Sequence record: PZ295659.1
Direction: 5' to 3' (one strand)
DNA from: a phage
Length of the DNA stretch: 64,000 nucleotides
The notes beneath the pieces were generated by a model, which saw only the letters and a program-made list of their open reading frames with translations, was not told the origin of the DNA and did not search any database. Position 1 is the first letter of the stretch. Each line of letters opens with the position of its first letter. Both the position numbers and the translations under genes were made by a program. Shown one piece after another: positions 23,078 through 32,820 of this stretch.

Positions 23078-24076
23078 TTATGATACTAATTCAATCCATG
23101 CAGGGCGCAGAACATCTTGCACCATTCGGACTAATTCTTTCTTAACAAGATTCGGATTATCAGATGATGTTAATACAATACCTTCACGAGAAGTTTCTTC
23201 CAGAATATCTTGAACAGTCAATCCCATCACTTTACCAAAATCTTTTGGCGTTACAGTCCCAATCTTAGAAATCACATTATTAACACGATTTAATGTAACA
23301 TAACAAGCTAGAACATCAAGCAAGTTTTTGTCAATTTCGGTTAATGGAACCTGAGTTTTAATAGGCTTATCAGACTTTTTCTTTTCACTGAATTTAGAGT
23401 TCTTGCACTTAATAGCTACACGAGTACCGTTTGGCAGCCATTTAGGGAAACAAGGCTTCAGAACATAACCTTCTGCCGTATTATCGCCAATAACATTAGC
23501 ATCAAATACACAATTATTTGCTTCTACAAGGTCTTCTGACGCAGTAGCATTATAAGCGGCTAAGATTGAATCAAGGTCATTTGGAATCATGATAAGAGAA
23601 TCAAATGTTCCACGTCCAAGCATTGGTGCCATTTTAAAACCGAATTCATTACAGAAATCTTGCATTTCGTAATCAGTCAAATACGTATTATCACCACTTT
23701 CTGTATTGATAAGGATATCGAACACATAAAAATCTTTTTCACCGTAGTCAACACCTTTCTGGATTCCACCACCAGCGAATTCACCGAATACTTGATATGA
23801 TACTGCTCGATCTGCGTGCATTAATTCCTGAACGGCTTTAATAGCTTTATCATACTTCTTGAGTACGATTTCATAGCCGTAAAAATCTTCTGCTGGAAGA
23901 ATAGGGCCTGTGCGCTTAGCGCATGTGACGTTGTCACGTTCAATTATTAACGAGAAGTTGGTCCCATGGATTTTCTCACGTGCTACCCAAACACCAGTAG
24001 TCAAACCATTAGTGTAGAGTTTTTCAATAAACTTAGAGTTGTAGTGGTTTTCAAGACTGCTGTATTTCTTAAACAT
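23078..24076 (-). CDS. rnlB: RNA ligase 2 (RnlB)
   Basis: 332 aa; nucleotidyltransferase motif I KIHGTN near the N-terminus; synteny next to gene 24. Confidence 0.85.
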   Translation of the reverse strand: MFKKYSSLENHYNSKFIEKLYTNGLTTGVWVAREKIHGTNFSLIIERDNVTCAKRTGPILPAEDFYGYEIVLKKYDKAIKAVQELMHADRAVSYQVFGEFAGGGIQKGVDYGEKDFYVFDILINTESGDNTYLTDYEMQDFCNEFGFKMAPMLGRGTFDSLIMIPNDLDSILAAYNATASEDLVEANNCVFDANVIGDNTAEGYVLKPCFPKWLPNGTRVAIKCKNSKFSEKKKSDKPIKTQVPLTEIDKNLLDVLACYVTLNRVNNVISKIGTVTPKDFGKVMGLTVQDILEETSREGIVLTSSDNPNLVKKELVRMVQDVLRPAWIELVS

Positions 24077-24166
24077 AAATCACCATTATAAATAATAATA
24101 TCAAAATAATTAGCAGAGACTCTGTCTCCGACCCAATGTTTAATTTGAATGGATAGAACCTAGATT

Positions 24167-24192
24167 CATTATACCATCAAAAAATGTAAAGC
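24167..24192 (-). promoter_or_regulatory. middle promoter (MotA box TGCTTTA + TATAAT) for rnlB
   Basis: Minus strand reads TGCTTTACATTTTTTGATGGTATAAT: MotA box with a 13-nt spacer to the -10 element. Confidence 0.5.
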
Positions 24193-24195
24193 ATA

Positions 24196-24447
24196 CTAGA
24201 ACTTGATTTCTATCCAGTGCCCATCACGCTGGTCGTGATTAATTTTGTACTGAAAGCCGTTATCACGGAACCACTGACCGATTTGCTCGGTGATAGTTAA
24301 ATCATTCTTTGACGGATAGTATGTAAATTGTGTCTGGCCTTTGTCAGCGGCTTTCTCTGCCATCACAGAGAAGTTAGTAATAAAATCTTTCAACAAATTG
24401 GCTTTAGTGGCCAGCGCCCTTTCTCTTAATTCCTGTGCAAAACTCAT
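24196..24447 (-). CDS. hypothetical protein (83 aa)
   Basis: ORF between hoc and rnlB; ATGA overlap with the upstream small ORF. Confidence 0.45.
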   Translation of the reverse strand: MSFAQELRERALATKANLLKDFITNFSVMAEKAADKGQTQFTYYPSKNDLTITEQIGQWFRDNGFQYKINHDQRDGHWIEIKF

Positions 24448-24638
24448 TTCTTCACCTTTTTGTTAATAAAACGTTTACGGTATACAACTTTTTCTTTTGC
24501 TTTAAACTTTGACCGAGCTGTCTCAGCTTTAGTCCATAATAATCCAACTTCTTTAGGTTGTAAACCGATTTTTTGAGCAATTTCTACGAATGAAAATCCC
24601 GCCTCATGTAATGTATAAACTTCAACTTCAGCTCTCAT
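24444..24638 (-). CDS. small HTH-like protein with basic C-terminal tail (64 aa from ATG)
   Basis: Segment YTLHEAGFSFVEIAQKIGLQPKEV resembles a sigma region 4 / LuxR-type helix-turn-helix; the track start at 24644 is a TTG, the first ATG is at 24638. Confidence 0.4.
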   Translation of the reverse strand: MRAEVEVYTLHEAGFSFVEIAQKIGLQPKEVGLLWTKAETARSKFKAKEKVVYRKRFINKKVKK

Positions 24639-24716
24639 AATCAATCCCGTATTATTTGGTTTGTGCCATTATACATCAATCTCAAGACGTGTTTGTATGC
24701 TTTAAAAACGAAGAAA

Positions 24717-24730
24717 GGGGCCGAAGCCCC
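24717..24730 (-). terminator. GGGGC-UUCG-GCCCC hairpin after hoc
   Basis: On the minus strand, a 5-bp GC stem with UUCG loop followed by UUUCUUCGUUUUU, just after the hoc stop. Confidence 0.6.
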
Positions 24731-24736
24731 TTACGA

Positions 24737-25867
24737 TTATGGATAGGTATAGATGATACCAGTTTCTAAAGCAGTTTTATGAATGATGTATCCATTACGT
24801 GATTCTTGAACATCAACTTCTGGATAGTCTTTCATCATCTTCTGAAGGGTGTAACGATGCAAGTAGTACTTACTATCTGGGTCGTCAGTTTTCCAGTCTT
24901 TACCTTCTTCAGCCATTTTTTGGATTTCATCCATAACCCACCAACCGCACCAGATATAAGCTGAAGTACGATGTGGAAGAGGATGAACATAAGGTAATTC
25001 ACCTTCTGGTTCCGGAGCAACTTTATCAGTTACCTGAACTTGACCTGTTGTTTTAACTGTTTTGCTATCATAGTCAGTTGCTGTAACGACAGCAGTAACT
25101 TCAATAGTTTGACTTCCAACAGATGAGGTATCAATAGTATATACGTTAGTTGACCCTTCTACAGGAGAAGAATCTTTCTTCCACGAGTAAGTAATTTGTG
25201 CTGCGTCAGGTGCGCCAGTAACATTAGCAGTAAATGTAGCCGAAGCATCTTGCTGAACGTTAATAGAAGGAGGAGTCAATGCAATCTGTGGATTCATTGT
25301 CTTCTTATTAACCGTCAATGATACTTCATTAGAAGTAACGCTCAGTGCATCATAATCTGTCGCTGTTACTTGAGCTACACACTTGATTTTTTTAACTCCA
25401 CTTGTAGTAGGAGTGTAATTGAATGTAGCACTAGTTGCTTCGCTCACAGGAGAACCATCTACATGCCATTGATACGTAGCAGACGCCCCGGCCGGTTGAG
25501 AAGCTAAGGCAGCAGTAAATTGAACTGGGGTTCCAATTACTCCAGCTGAAGGACTATCAGGAGTTACAGCTAAGGTAGTCGTCTGTGTCTTGTTTTGAAC
25601 TGTGATAGTTGTAGTAGCTTCTGCTGTTTCAGCATCAGAATCAGGAATAGTATTTGTTGCAACTACCTTAATAGTCTTTTGACCGGCAGGTCCTTTTAAT
25701 ACATAATCAAAAGTTGCTTCAGCTCCATCTTGTGGAACATTATCTACAGTCCAAGCATATGTAATAGGTCCATCTCCAGTTTGACCACTGGGTGTAGCAG
25801 TAAACTGCTTGGTTTCATCAATAACTCCTGTTGGTGTTTTAGGAGTTATATCAACTGTAAAAGCCAT
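24737..25867 (-). CDS. hoc: highly immunogenic outer capsid protein Hoc
   Basis: 376 aa, same as T4 Hoc; S/T-rich repeated Ig-like segments (TATDYD repeated twice). Confidence 0.85.
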   Translation of the reverse strand: MAFTVDITPKTPTGVIDETKQFTATPSGQTGDGPITYAWTVDNVPQDGAEATFDYVLKGPAGQKTIKVVATNTIPDSDAETAEATTTITVQNKTQTTTLAVTPDSPSAGVIGTPVQFTAALASQPAGASATYQWHVDGSPVSEATSATFNYTPTTSGVKKIKCVAQVTATDYDALSVTSNEVSLTVNKKTMNPQIALTPPSINVQQDASATFTANVTGAPDAAQITYSWKKDSSPVEGSTNVYTIDTSSVGSQTIEVTAVVTATDYDSKTVKTTGQVQVTDKVAPEPEGELPYVHPLPHRTSAYIWCGWWVMDEIQKMAEEGKDWKTDDPDSKYYLHRYTLQKMMKDYPEVDVQESRNGYIIHKTALETGIIYTYP

Positions 25868-25876
25868 AAGTTATCC

Positions 25877-26545
25877 TTATTTTAATGTTACGAAAGAAGA
25901 ATTACGAGATTCACGAATTAGAACTGATCCATCGCGATTAATATAATAAATTAAGCTAAATAATGTTTGGTGAGCAGAAGCATGCACAAAACTAGTTGGG
26001 CGAGATTTCCAATCTGGGGTTTCGGCTATCCATTGATAAATCCACCAAGGAACAGTAACATATCCTGGGCTTTTGCCTAATTTAATGAGTGTAGGACTAA
26101 AATTTTCAGGCAGAACAAATTTTACTTCTTTATTTACCTCTGCCTCAGGCTCTTTTTCGGATTCAACAACCTGAGTAATTGCTTCTTCGAATTTATCATG
26201 GTCGAATTCTTTTTCTTGTTCAACAACTTCTAATACTTCAACTTGTTCTGTTGGAGAATCAAACAACAGAATAGCCTCTTCTTTAACTTCTTCGTTGGTG
26301 AAATTAACACCGTCTACATCATCTGCGGCAGTAATTAAATCGGTGATAGATAATCCATCAGTTTCAGGTAATGGTTCATCAGCCAGTGCGTTAAGAGCTT
26401 CTTCGATATCAATAACAATATTATCGAATGATTTTGTTTTCTTAACACTAATGCCAAATTGTTCTGCATATTCAAACAGTTTAGCTTTGGCTTCCTTTTT
26501 ATCAGAAAGAGCACGTAACTCTTCAATATAGTCTTTATCGATCAT
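25877..26545 (-). CDS. inh: Inh, inhibitor of prohead protease (internal head protein)
   Basis: 222 aa acidic protein immediately upstream of hoc (T4 Inh about 226 aa); synteny. Confidence 0.6.
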   Translation of the reverse strand: MIDKDYIEELRALSDKKEAKAKLFEYAEQFGISVKKTKSFDNIVIDIEEALNALADEPLPETDGLSITDLITAADDVDGVNFTNEEVKEEAILLFDSPTEQVEVLEVVEQEKEFDHDKFEEAITQVVESEKEPEAEVNKEVKFVLPENFSPTLIKLGKSPGYVTVPWWIYQWIAETPDWKSRPTSFVHASAHQTLFSLIYYINRDGSVLIRESRNSSFVTLK

Positions 26546-26558
26546 GGTATTTCCTCAT

Positions 26559-26566
26559 TATAAATA
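26559..26566 (+). promoter_or_regulatory. late promoter TATAAATA for uvsW
   Basis: Exact TATAAATA in shared motif ATAAATATAACTATA, 30 nt upstream of the uvsW ATG. Confidence 0.55.
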
Positions 26567-26595
26567 TAACTATATTTATTACATGGTAATTTGAC

Positions 26596-28110
26596 ATGAC
26601 TGACATTAAAGTACATTTTTATGATTTTAGTCACGTGCGCATTGAATGCGACGAAAGTACGTTTTACGAACTTCGTGACTTTTTTAGCTTTGAAGCTGAC
26701 GGGTATAAATTTAACCCAAAATATCGCTATGGGCAATGGGATGGTAGAATTCGACTTTTAGATTATAACCGTTTGTTACCATATGGACTTGTAGGACAAA
26801 TAAAAAAGTTCTGTAACAATATGAGTTATTCTGTATGGATTGACCCTAAAATCTTTGAGACAGAAGACCTTACCAGGGAAGATTTTGACGCATGGCTTTC
26901 TAAACAAGAAATTTATTCGGGCAACGCCAAAATCGAACCACATTGGTATCAAAAAGATGCAGTATACGAAGGACTAGTTAATCGTCGTCGAATTTTAAAC
27001 CTTCCGACATCAGCAGGTAAATCACTAATCCAAGCACTTTTAGCTCGATATTATCTAGAGAACTATGAAGGTAAAATTCTCATTATCGTCCCTACAACAG
27101 CATTGACAACCCAGATGGCTAATGATTTTGTTGATTATCGCTTGTTTAGTCATTCGATGATTAAGAAAATTGGCGGTGGTGCTGATAAAGCAGACAGAGC
27201 TAAAAACGACGCTCCAATTATTGTTGGCACATGGCAAACAGTAGTTAAGCAGCCTAAAGAATGGTTCTCTCAGTTCGGTATGATGATGAATGATGAATGC
27301 CACTTAGCAACAGGCAAAAGTATTTCTTCAATCATCTCAGGATTAAATAATTGCATGTTTAAATTCGGTTTATCTGGCTCATTAAGAGACGGAAAAGCCA
27401 ATGTAATGCAGTACGTAGGTATGTTCGGCGAAATCTTCCGTCCTGTTAGCACGTCTAAATTAATGGAAGACGGACAGGTAACTGAGCTTAAGATTAATAG
27501 TATTTTCCTTCGTTATCCAGACGAATTCACTGTTAAATTAAAAGGTAAAACATACCAAGAAGAAGTTAAAATTATTACCGGACTAAAACGACGTACAAAG
27601 TGGATTGCTCAACTTTCAGTCAAATTGGCTAAGAAAGACGAGAACGCCTTTGTAATGTTTAAACATGTTACACACGGTAAAGAAATATTTGAAGCTATTA
27701 AAGAGCTTGGATACGAAAAAGTTTATTACGTATCAGGTGAAGTTGATACTGAAACACGTAACGCGCTTAAAGTCATGGCAGAAAATGGTAAAGGCATCAT
27801 TATTGTCGCATCATATGGAGTATTCTCTACTGGTATTTCAGTCAAGAATCTTCATCATGTTATTTTCGCCCATGGTGTTAAATCAAAAATTATCGTACTT
27901 CAAACCGTAGGTCGCGTGCTTCGTAAGCATGGTTCTAAAACTGTTGCTACAGTTTGGGATCTCATCGATGACGCAGGTGTAAAACCTAAATCATTAAATA
28001 CTAAAAAGAAGTATACTCATCTTAATTACTTGTTAAAACACGGTATTGATCGTATCCAACGTTACGCTGATGAGAAATTTAACTATGTAATGAAAACAAT
28101 TAATTTATAA
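26596..28110 (+). CDS. uvsW: UvsW RNA-DNA / DNA helicase (SF2)
   Basis: 504 aa; Walker A PTSAGKS, DExH box MMNDECHL, helicase C-terminal motifs. Confidence 0.9.
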   Translation: MTDIKVHFYDFSHVRIECDESTFYELRDFFSFEADGYKFNPKYRYGQWDGRIRLLDYNRLLPYGLVGQIKKFCNNMSYSVWIDPKIFETEDLTREDFDAWLSKQEIYSGNAKIEPHWYQKDAVYEGLVNRRRILNLPTSAGKSLIQALLARYYLENYEGKILIIVPTTALTTQMANDFVDYRLFSHSMIKKIGGGADKADRAKNDAPIIVGTWQTVVKQPKEWFSQFGMMMNDECHLATGKSISSIISGLNNCMFKFGLSGSLRDGKANVMQYVGMFGEIFRPVSTSKLMEDGQVTELKINSIFLRYPDEFTVKLKGKTYQEEVKIITGLKRRTKWIAQLSVKLAKKDENAFVMFKHVTHGKEIFEAIKELGYEKVYYVSGEVDTETRNALKVMAENGKGIIIVASYGVFSTGISVKNLHHVIFAHGVKSKIIVLQTVGRVLRKHGSKTVATVWDLIDDAGVKPKSLNTKKKYTHLNYLLKHGIDRIQRYADEKFNYVMKTINL

Positions 28111-28122
28111 GGGCTTCGGCCC
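28111..28122 (+). terminator. GGGC-UUCG-GCCC intercistronic hairpin
   Basis: Perfect hairpin immediately after the uvsW stop and before the uvsW.1 RBS. Confidence 0.45.
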
Positions 28123-28134
28123 TTAGGAGATAAA

Positions 28135-28368
28135 ATGGTACTTGAATTTAAACAATTTTTATACGAAGCATCTATTGACGAATTCATGGGTAAAATTGCT
28201 AGTTGTCATACCTTAGAAGGGCTTGAAGAATTGGAAGCTTATTATAAGAAACGTATAAAAGAAACGGAATTAAAAGATACAGATGATATTTCTGTCAGGG
28301 ATGCCTTAGCAGGTAAGCGTGCCGAACTTGAAGGCGACGATGATGAGGATGAGGAAGAAGACTTCTAA
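28135..28368 (+). CDS. uvsW.1: UvsW.1 accessory protein
   Basis: 77 aa (T4 UvsW.1 76 aa) with acidic C-terminus; directly after uvsW. Confidence 0.7.
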   Translation: MVLEFKQFLYEASIDEFMGKIASCHTLEGLEELEAYYKKRIKETELKDTDDISVRDALAGKRAELEGDDDEDEEEDF

Positions 28369-28375
28369 TTAAAAA

Positions 28376-28403
28376 AAGGCCCGACCTTTTTGGAAGGGCC
28401 AAA
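28376..28403. terminator. bidirectional bulged hairpin between uvsW.1 and the uvsY operon
   Basis: GGCCCGACCUU...AAGGGCC stem flanked by A-runs on both sides (U-runs on either transcript). Confidence 0.45.
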
Positions 28404-28427
28404 AACCATAGGCAAAAAAAGGTAACA

Positions 28428-28595
28428 CTATAGTAAAAGTTGGGTTTCGTTCAATTGCTCTTCTGAACTTTCTGAAACCGGCATTTGTTGGACATAATTA
28501 TAACAAGGTCCAGGATGTGCTGGTCCTTTGTCTGTTTCAACAACCAATGCAGAATCGATTGGAGTTTTACAGACAACACAAATCTTATCTGACAT
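28428..28595 (-). CDS. small Cys-containing protein (55 aa), uvsY.-2-like
   Basis: Hand-translated minus-strand ORF MSDKICVVCKTPIDS...GPCYNY, below the ORF-track size cutoff; strong AGGAGG RBS 7 nt upstream. Confidence 0.5.
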   Translation of the reverse strand: MSDKICVVCKTPIDSALVVETDKGPAHPGPCYNYVQQMPVSESSEEQLNETQLLL

Positions 28596-28625
28596 GATTG
28601 CCTCCTAAGTTGAAATTACATATCT

Positions 28626-28633
28626 ATTTATAC
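28626..28633 (-). promoter_or_regulatory. late promoter TATAAATA (minus strand) upstream of the 55-aa ORF
   Basis: Plus-strand TATTTATA is TATAAATA on the minus strand, 31 nt upstream of the ATG. Confidence 0.4.
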
Positions 28634-28852
28634 CACTCGCATGCACATATCGATACCCATATCTTTTGTATAAAAATACTCGTCGATGTACCCAGCAAAC
28701 TTCCCTTTAATATAAAGGACGTCTTCGCCACAAGGATGGTCTGCCAGAATACGAATATCCTGACGACGTAGACGATACTTTTCCATTAAGAATTTAATTT
28801 CAGTTTCAAATTCTTCATCATTATTAAAGGCATCTTCAATCGAATAACGCAT
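28628..28852 (-). CDS. hypothetical protein (uvsY.-1-like)
   Basis: 74-aa ORF directly downstream of uvsY with ATGA-type overlap; synteny. Confidence 0.5.
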   Translation of the reverse strand: MRYSIEDAFNNDEEFETEIKFLMEKYRLRRQDIRILADHPCGEDVLYIKGKFAGYIDEYFYTKDMGIDMCMRVV

Positions 28853-29265
28853 TATTGCCCCGCTTCAAATTCTCGCATATCCTGGATATGTTTAAGTGCA
28901 AAACTACGAGACTTAACTGCGTCAAGTGCACCACTACAGAACTCAAGTAAAATTCCCCAGTATTGTAAAGTAGTCTCTATTTTAAGCACATCTTTATCTG
29001 CAGCCAGGACAGTTTTCATTTCAGATTTCTCGTATCTGTCCATACTGAATTCATCACCGTCACCTCGTCCCGAGTAGTAGTCTAATCTTGCTTTTAGAGC
29101 AGTTTTCTTCTGAGTCTCTATACGCAACATTTCTTTACGAATAAATGAGTGCTTACGTAGCCATTTGCTGTATAACTTAACATTATTCGCCGTCTCATAT
29201 TGCAACTTTGTCATATCAATAGCTAAGTCTGCGTCTAACTCTTCCTGTAAATCTTCCAGCTTCAT
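28852..29265 (-). CDS. uvsY: UvsY recombination mediator protein
   Basis: Start set at the internal ATG (MKLEDLQEEL...), giving 137 aa as in T4 UvsY; most of the sequence matches recalled T4 UvsY (KARLDYYSGRGDGDEFSMDRYEKSEMKTVL). Confidence 0.9.
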   Translation of the reverse strand: MKLEDLQEELDADLAIDMTKLQYETANNVKLYSKWLRKHSFIRKEMLRIETQKKTALKARLDYYSGRGDGDEFSMDRYEKSEMKTVLAADKDVLKIETTLQYWGILLEFCSGALDAVKSRSFALKHIQDMREFEAGQ

Positions 29266-29320
29266 AATGTTCTCTCTTTTAACTAATAATCTCCCGGCTG
29301 TATCGGAAGGACCTAAAACC

Positions 29321-29345
29321 ATTATACATAGGTTGCCTTGAAGCA
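29321..29345 (-). promoter_or_regulatory. middle promoter P-uvsY (MotA box TGCTTCA + TATAAT)
   Basis: Minus strand reads TGCTTCAAGGCAACCTATGTATAAT with a 12-nt spacer; uvsY has a classic MotA-dependent middle promoter in T4. Confidence 0.65.
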
Positions 29346-29744
29346 TTACACTCTATTGCTTGACGCTAACTGAAGTTTAATTTGTTCAATATCATCAGGG
29401 TTGTCTACGACAGAAAATCTAATCTCTACTATAACCGTATAGTCATCATATACTGGCGTTACGCTTACAGAAAGTTTGTCGATGCGTGGCTCATAGTTAC
29501 GAACAGCTGCCTGGATATTACGTTCAATCGTATCGGCTGTAAGTGGTGTCATGTTCTCGAAAAGTTCGTCGACCAAATCGCATCCAAATTCAGGGTCGAA
29601 GGGGCGTGAGCCTTTTCTAGTTGTCACTATGCCAAGAAGACTATTTTTAATAGAACGAAGTCCTACAGAACGAGCAACATCCTTGTTCCAATCCATACGC
29701 ATTTCTGGGTCGATATCTGAATAAAGTTTATTGATATTAGACAT
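29346..29744 (-). CDS. 25: baseplate wedge protein gp25
   Basis: 132 aa, same as T4 gp25; synteny. Confidence 0.85.
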   Translation of the reverse strand: MSNINKLYSDIDPEMRMDWNKDVARSVGLRSIKNSLLGIVTTRKGSRPFDPEFGCDLVDELFENMTPLTADTIERNIQAAVRNYEPRIDKLSVSVTPVYDDYTVIVEIRFSVVDNPDDIEQIKLQLASSNRV

Positions 29745-30370
29745 TATAGTAACTCAAAGAATTCTTTGAGGCCTCGTATTGTGTGAACGTGTGACGCCCC
29801 ACATTTGGGACATTTAATAGGGGTTGCCAGATAAATTGATGGCGATACTAAAAGATTTTTAATATTGATCATGTCATCTTCTGTTATAAGGCCGTAAAGG
29901 TCGTTTATTTCTGCTTCAGTTAAATCTTCAACAGGGATGGACTCTCCATTGACAAAAACGGCCTCAATACATGAAGCAATCATTAATGCGATATTTTTAT
30001 CGTCAAATAATTTAGGTTGACGGAACTTAATTTTAATACCACTGAACGAATACCAGGGATCGGCCTGTTCATCTAATTGAGTGTGCAATAAATTCATATA
30101 GACTTGAAATGAATGCCCACAGGAACAATTCCAGGTGTGTTCTTGATTCACTTCACCTAATGAATGTGCCCACAGATTTACCAACAATAGCTCGGCTTCT
30201 TGTTTAGTCAAGTTTTTAGCATTAGAGCAATTAGTGATAATATTGTTCACTGCTGATTCAATAGTACCGGTAGCCCGCGCACCTATGAGTCCTAAATATT
30301 CTTTTAAAGTAAAGGCTCTACAATTCACTTCTTTATCGCCTAAACGTACGGTAAACGTATATTTGTACAT
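29744..30370 (-). CDS. 26: baseplate hub protein gp26
   Basis: 208 aa, same as T4 gp26; divergent from gene 51. Confidence 0.8.
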   Translation of the reverse strand: MYKYTFTVRLGDKEVNCRAFTLKEYLGLIGARATGTIESAVNNIITNCSNAKNLTKQEAELLLVNLWAHSLGEVNQEHTWNCSCGHSFQVYMNLLHTQLDEQADPWYSFSGIKIKFRQPKLFDDKNIALMIASCIEAVFVNGESIPVEDLTEAEINDLYGLITEDDMINIKNLLVSPSIYLATPIKCPKCGASHVHTIRGLKEFFELL

Positions 30371-30388
30371 GTTAACTCCTTTATTGTG

Positions 30389-30396
30389 TATTTATA
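30389..30396 (-). promoter_or_regulatory. late promoter TATAAATA (minus strand) for genes 26-25
   Basis: Plus-strand TATTTATAAATA holds overlapping TATAAATA boxes on both strands; the minus copy is 18 nt upstream of the gp26 ATG with an AAGGAG RBS. Confidence 0.55.
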
Positions 30397-30400
30397 AATA
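30393..30400 (+). promoter_or_regulatory. late promoter TATAAATA for gene 51
   Basis: Exact TATAAATA 18 nt upstream of the gp51 ATG. Confidence 0.6.
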
Positions 30401-30417
30401 ATAGAAAAGGAGTAATT

Positions 30418-31170
30418 ATGGCTAATATAATTCGTTGTAAATTACCGGATGGTGTTCATCGTTTTAAGCCGTTCACTGTGGCGGATTATAGAGACTTTTT
30501 ACTAGTTAGAAATGATATCGAACATCGTTCGCCGCAAGAACAAAAAGAAATAATTGCCGATCTGATTGATGATTATTTTGGCGAGTACCCTAAAACATGG
30601 CAACCATTTATATTCCTGCAAGTTTTTGCAGGCTCTATAGGCAAAACAAAAGTTCCTGTTATTTTCACTTGCCCTAAATGCTCTAAAGAAAAAACTGCAC
30701 CATTTGAGATATATCAAAAAGAACTAGTCGAACCTGAACTTGATGTTGCTGGTATAAAAATACGTTTTTCTTTCCCTGAAAAGTTTTATGACAATAAAGC
30801 ATTAATGATAAGTGAAAACATAAAAGAAATATATTATAATGATGAATGGTACCCATGGAATGATTTGACTGAAGAGAACCAAATCCAAGTAATAGAAGCA
30901 ATAGACATTGACTCACTCGAAAAGGTTATTGCTTCTATGAACCCTATTAATTTGACCCTTAGATTAGGTTGTTGTGAACGTCATGTTAAAACATATACTG
31001 ATATCTTAGAGGTTTTTAAATTGTTAGTTAACCCTGATGAGATTTTTACATTCTATCAGATAAACCATTCACTAGTAAAGAGTCAATACACATTGGATTC
31101 TATTATGCAAATGATTCCTGTTGAACGTGGTATTGCTTTAACATTAGTAGAAAAGGACCATAAAAAATGA
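30418..31170 (+). CDS. 51: baseplate hub assembly catalyst gp51
   Basis: 250 aa (T4 gp51 249 aa); synteny 51-27-28-29-48-54. Confidence 0.8.
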   Translation: MANIIRCKLPDGVHRFKPFTVADYRDFLLVRNDIEHRSPQEQKEIIADLIDDYFGEYPKTWQPFIFLQVFAGSIGKTKVPVIFTCPKCSKEKTAPFEIYQKELVEPELDVAGIKIRFSFPEKFYDNKALMISENIKEIYYNDEWYPWNDLTEENQIQVIEAIDIDSLEKVIASMNPINLTLRLGCCERHVKTYTDILEVFKLLVNPDEIFTFYQINHSLVKSQYTLDSIMQMIPVERGIALTLVEKDHKK

Positions 31171-32339
31171 CAGTATTCCAACGTCCAGGATATCCTAACT
31201 TAAGCGTTAAATTATATCAAGATTATTCGGCTTGGCAAGAAAATAGATATGTTGAACTCGCAGCAACAATAACAACTTTAACCATGCGAGATTCGCTATA
31301 TGGAAGAAATGAAGGGATTCTTCAATTTTATGACACTAAAAACATCCACACTAAAATGGATGGTAGACAGATAGTCCAAATCTCTGTTTCAAATTCAAAC
31401 ACACCTCTCCAAGTTAGAACTCGAATTTATGGATGCAGACATTATTCTGTGTCTGTGGACTCAAAAGGTGACAATATTATTGCAATTGAGCTTGGAACAA
31501 TACATTCTATAGAGAACCTTAAATTTGGGCGACCATTCTTCTCAGACGCAGGAGAATCTATACGTGAAATGTTAGGTGTCATATATAAAGACCGTACGTT
31601 AATTACTCCGCCAATAAACACTATTAATGCTTATGTTCCTGATATTCCTTGGACAAGCACATTTGATGATTATTTGGCATATGTCAGAGAATTAGGACTT
31701 GCTACAGCGAGTGATAAGTTCGTATTCGTATGGCAAGATATTTTAGGCGTAAACATGATTGACTATGATACTCTTATTGGTCAGGAAGGCATTAAGATGA
31801 TTGTAGGCGAGCCAAATACTGTAGGTCAGTATATTCAAGAGCTTGAGTATCCATTAGTATGGGATTTCACCTGGATGACTAAAGCTAACCAATTTACAAG
31901 AGACCCTATTAAAAACGCCACGATATTCGCTCATTCATTTTTAGATACATCTATTCCGGTTATTGTTACAGGTGATGGTGATAATGCTATTCTTGTATCA
32001 AGATCAGGTGGATATTCTGAAATGACCTATCGTAATGGATTTGAAGAAGCAAGTCGTCTTCAGACAATGGCTCAATATGACGGATATGCTAAATGCACTA
32101 CTACAGGTAATTTTAACATAACACCTGCTACTAAAATTATATTTGTTGACCAAAAGAACCAATTCAAATCTGAATTTTACGTGGATGAAGTTATTCATGA
32201 GTTATCAAATAACAACTCACAAACTCATCTGTACATGTTTACCAACTCAATGGTGTTAGAACCTGTTAACCCAGTTAAGGTTAAAAATGAACTTAAATCT
32301 GATTCTACCTCTAAAGAAAATAATTCTACCACAGTCTAA
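31167..32339 (+). CDS. 27: baseplate hub protein gp27
   Basis: 390 aa (T4 gp27 391 aa); synteny. Confidence 0.85.
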   Translation: MTVFQRPGYPNLSVKLYQDYSAWQENRYVELAATITTLTMRDSLYGRNEGILQFYDTKNIHTKMDGRQIVQISVSNSNTPLQVRTRIYGCRHYSVSVDSKGDNIIAIELGTIHSIENLKFGRPFFSDAGESIREMLGVIYKDRTLITPPINTINAYVPDIPWTSTFDDYLAYVRELGLATASDKFVFVWQDILGVNMIDYDTLIGQEGIKMIVGEPNTVGQYIQELEYPLVWDFTWMTKANQFTRDPIKNATIFAHSFLDTSIPVIVTGDGDNAILVSRSGGYSEMTYRNGFEEASRLQTMAQYDGYAKCTTTGNFNITPATKIIFVDQKNQFKSEFYVDEVIHELSNNNSQTHLYMFTNSMVLEPVNPVKVKNELKSDSTSKENNSTTV

Positions 32340-32820
32340 TAAAAAGGTGATGATTCCCAAATTAGGGCTCAAACATTATAATCTTTTAAAGGACGTTAAA
32401 GGTCCTGACGAAAACATGAAAATCTTAGCTGATTCTATTTGTAAAAATATGAGTCCAGCAGATTTTGATTTTGCGTGTCTACACATATTGGAATTTAATA
32501 ACAAACTTAAGTCTGAAGTTGAAAAAGATGGATTCACTTATAAACTAGATGACGTCTATGTATGCCAACGAACAGAATTCCAATTTCAAGGTAATACTTT
32601 TTATTTTAGACCCCCAGGCAAATTTGAACAGTTCGCTACAATCAGTGAAATGCTATCAAATTGCTTAATAAAAGTTAATGACGAAGAGAAAGAAATTTCT
32701 TTCCTTGAGATGCCTGCTTTTGTAATCAAATGGGCAGAAGACCTTTCGACAACTATTGCTATTCCAGGCCCTAATGGTCCTATTAAGGGTATAGCAGAAA
32801 TTATTGGATTGCTTGAATGA
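32287..32820 (+). CDS. 28: baseplate hub distal subunit gp28
   Basis: 177 aa, same as T4 gp28; overlaps the gp27 3' end. Confidence 0.75.
   Translation: MNLNLILPLKKIILPQSNKKVMIPKLGLKHYNLLKDVKGPDENMKILADSICKNMSPADFDFACLHILEFNNKLKSEVEKDGFTYKLDDVYVCQRTEFQFQGNTFYFRPPGKFEQFATISEMLSNCLIKVNDEEKEISFLEMPAFVIKWAEDLSTTIAIPGPNGPIKGIAEIIGLLE

Noticed and set aside
24088-24095. TATAAATA on the plus strand upstream of rnlB
   Set aside because: No plus-strand gene follows it (the next plus gene is more than 2 kb away); likely a chance match in AT-rich intergenic DNA.
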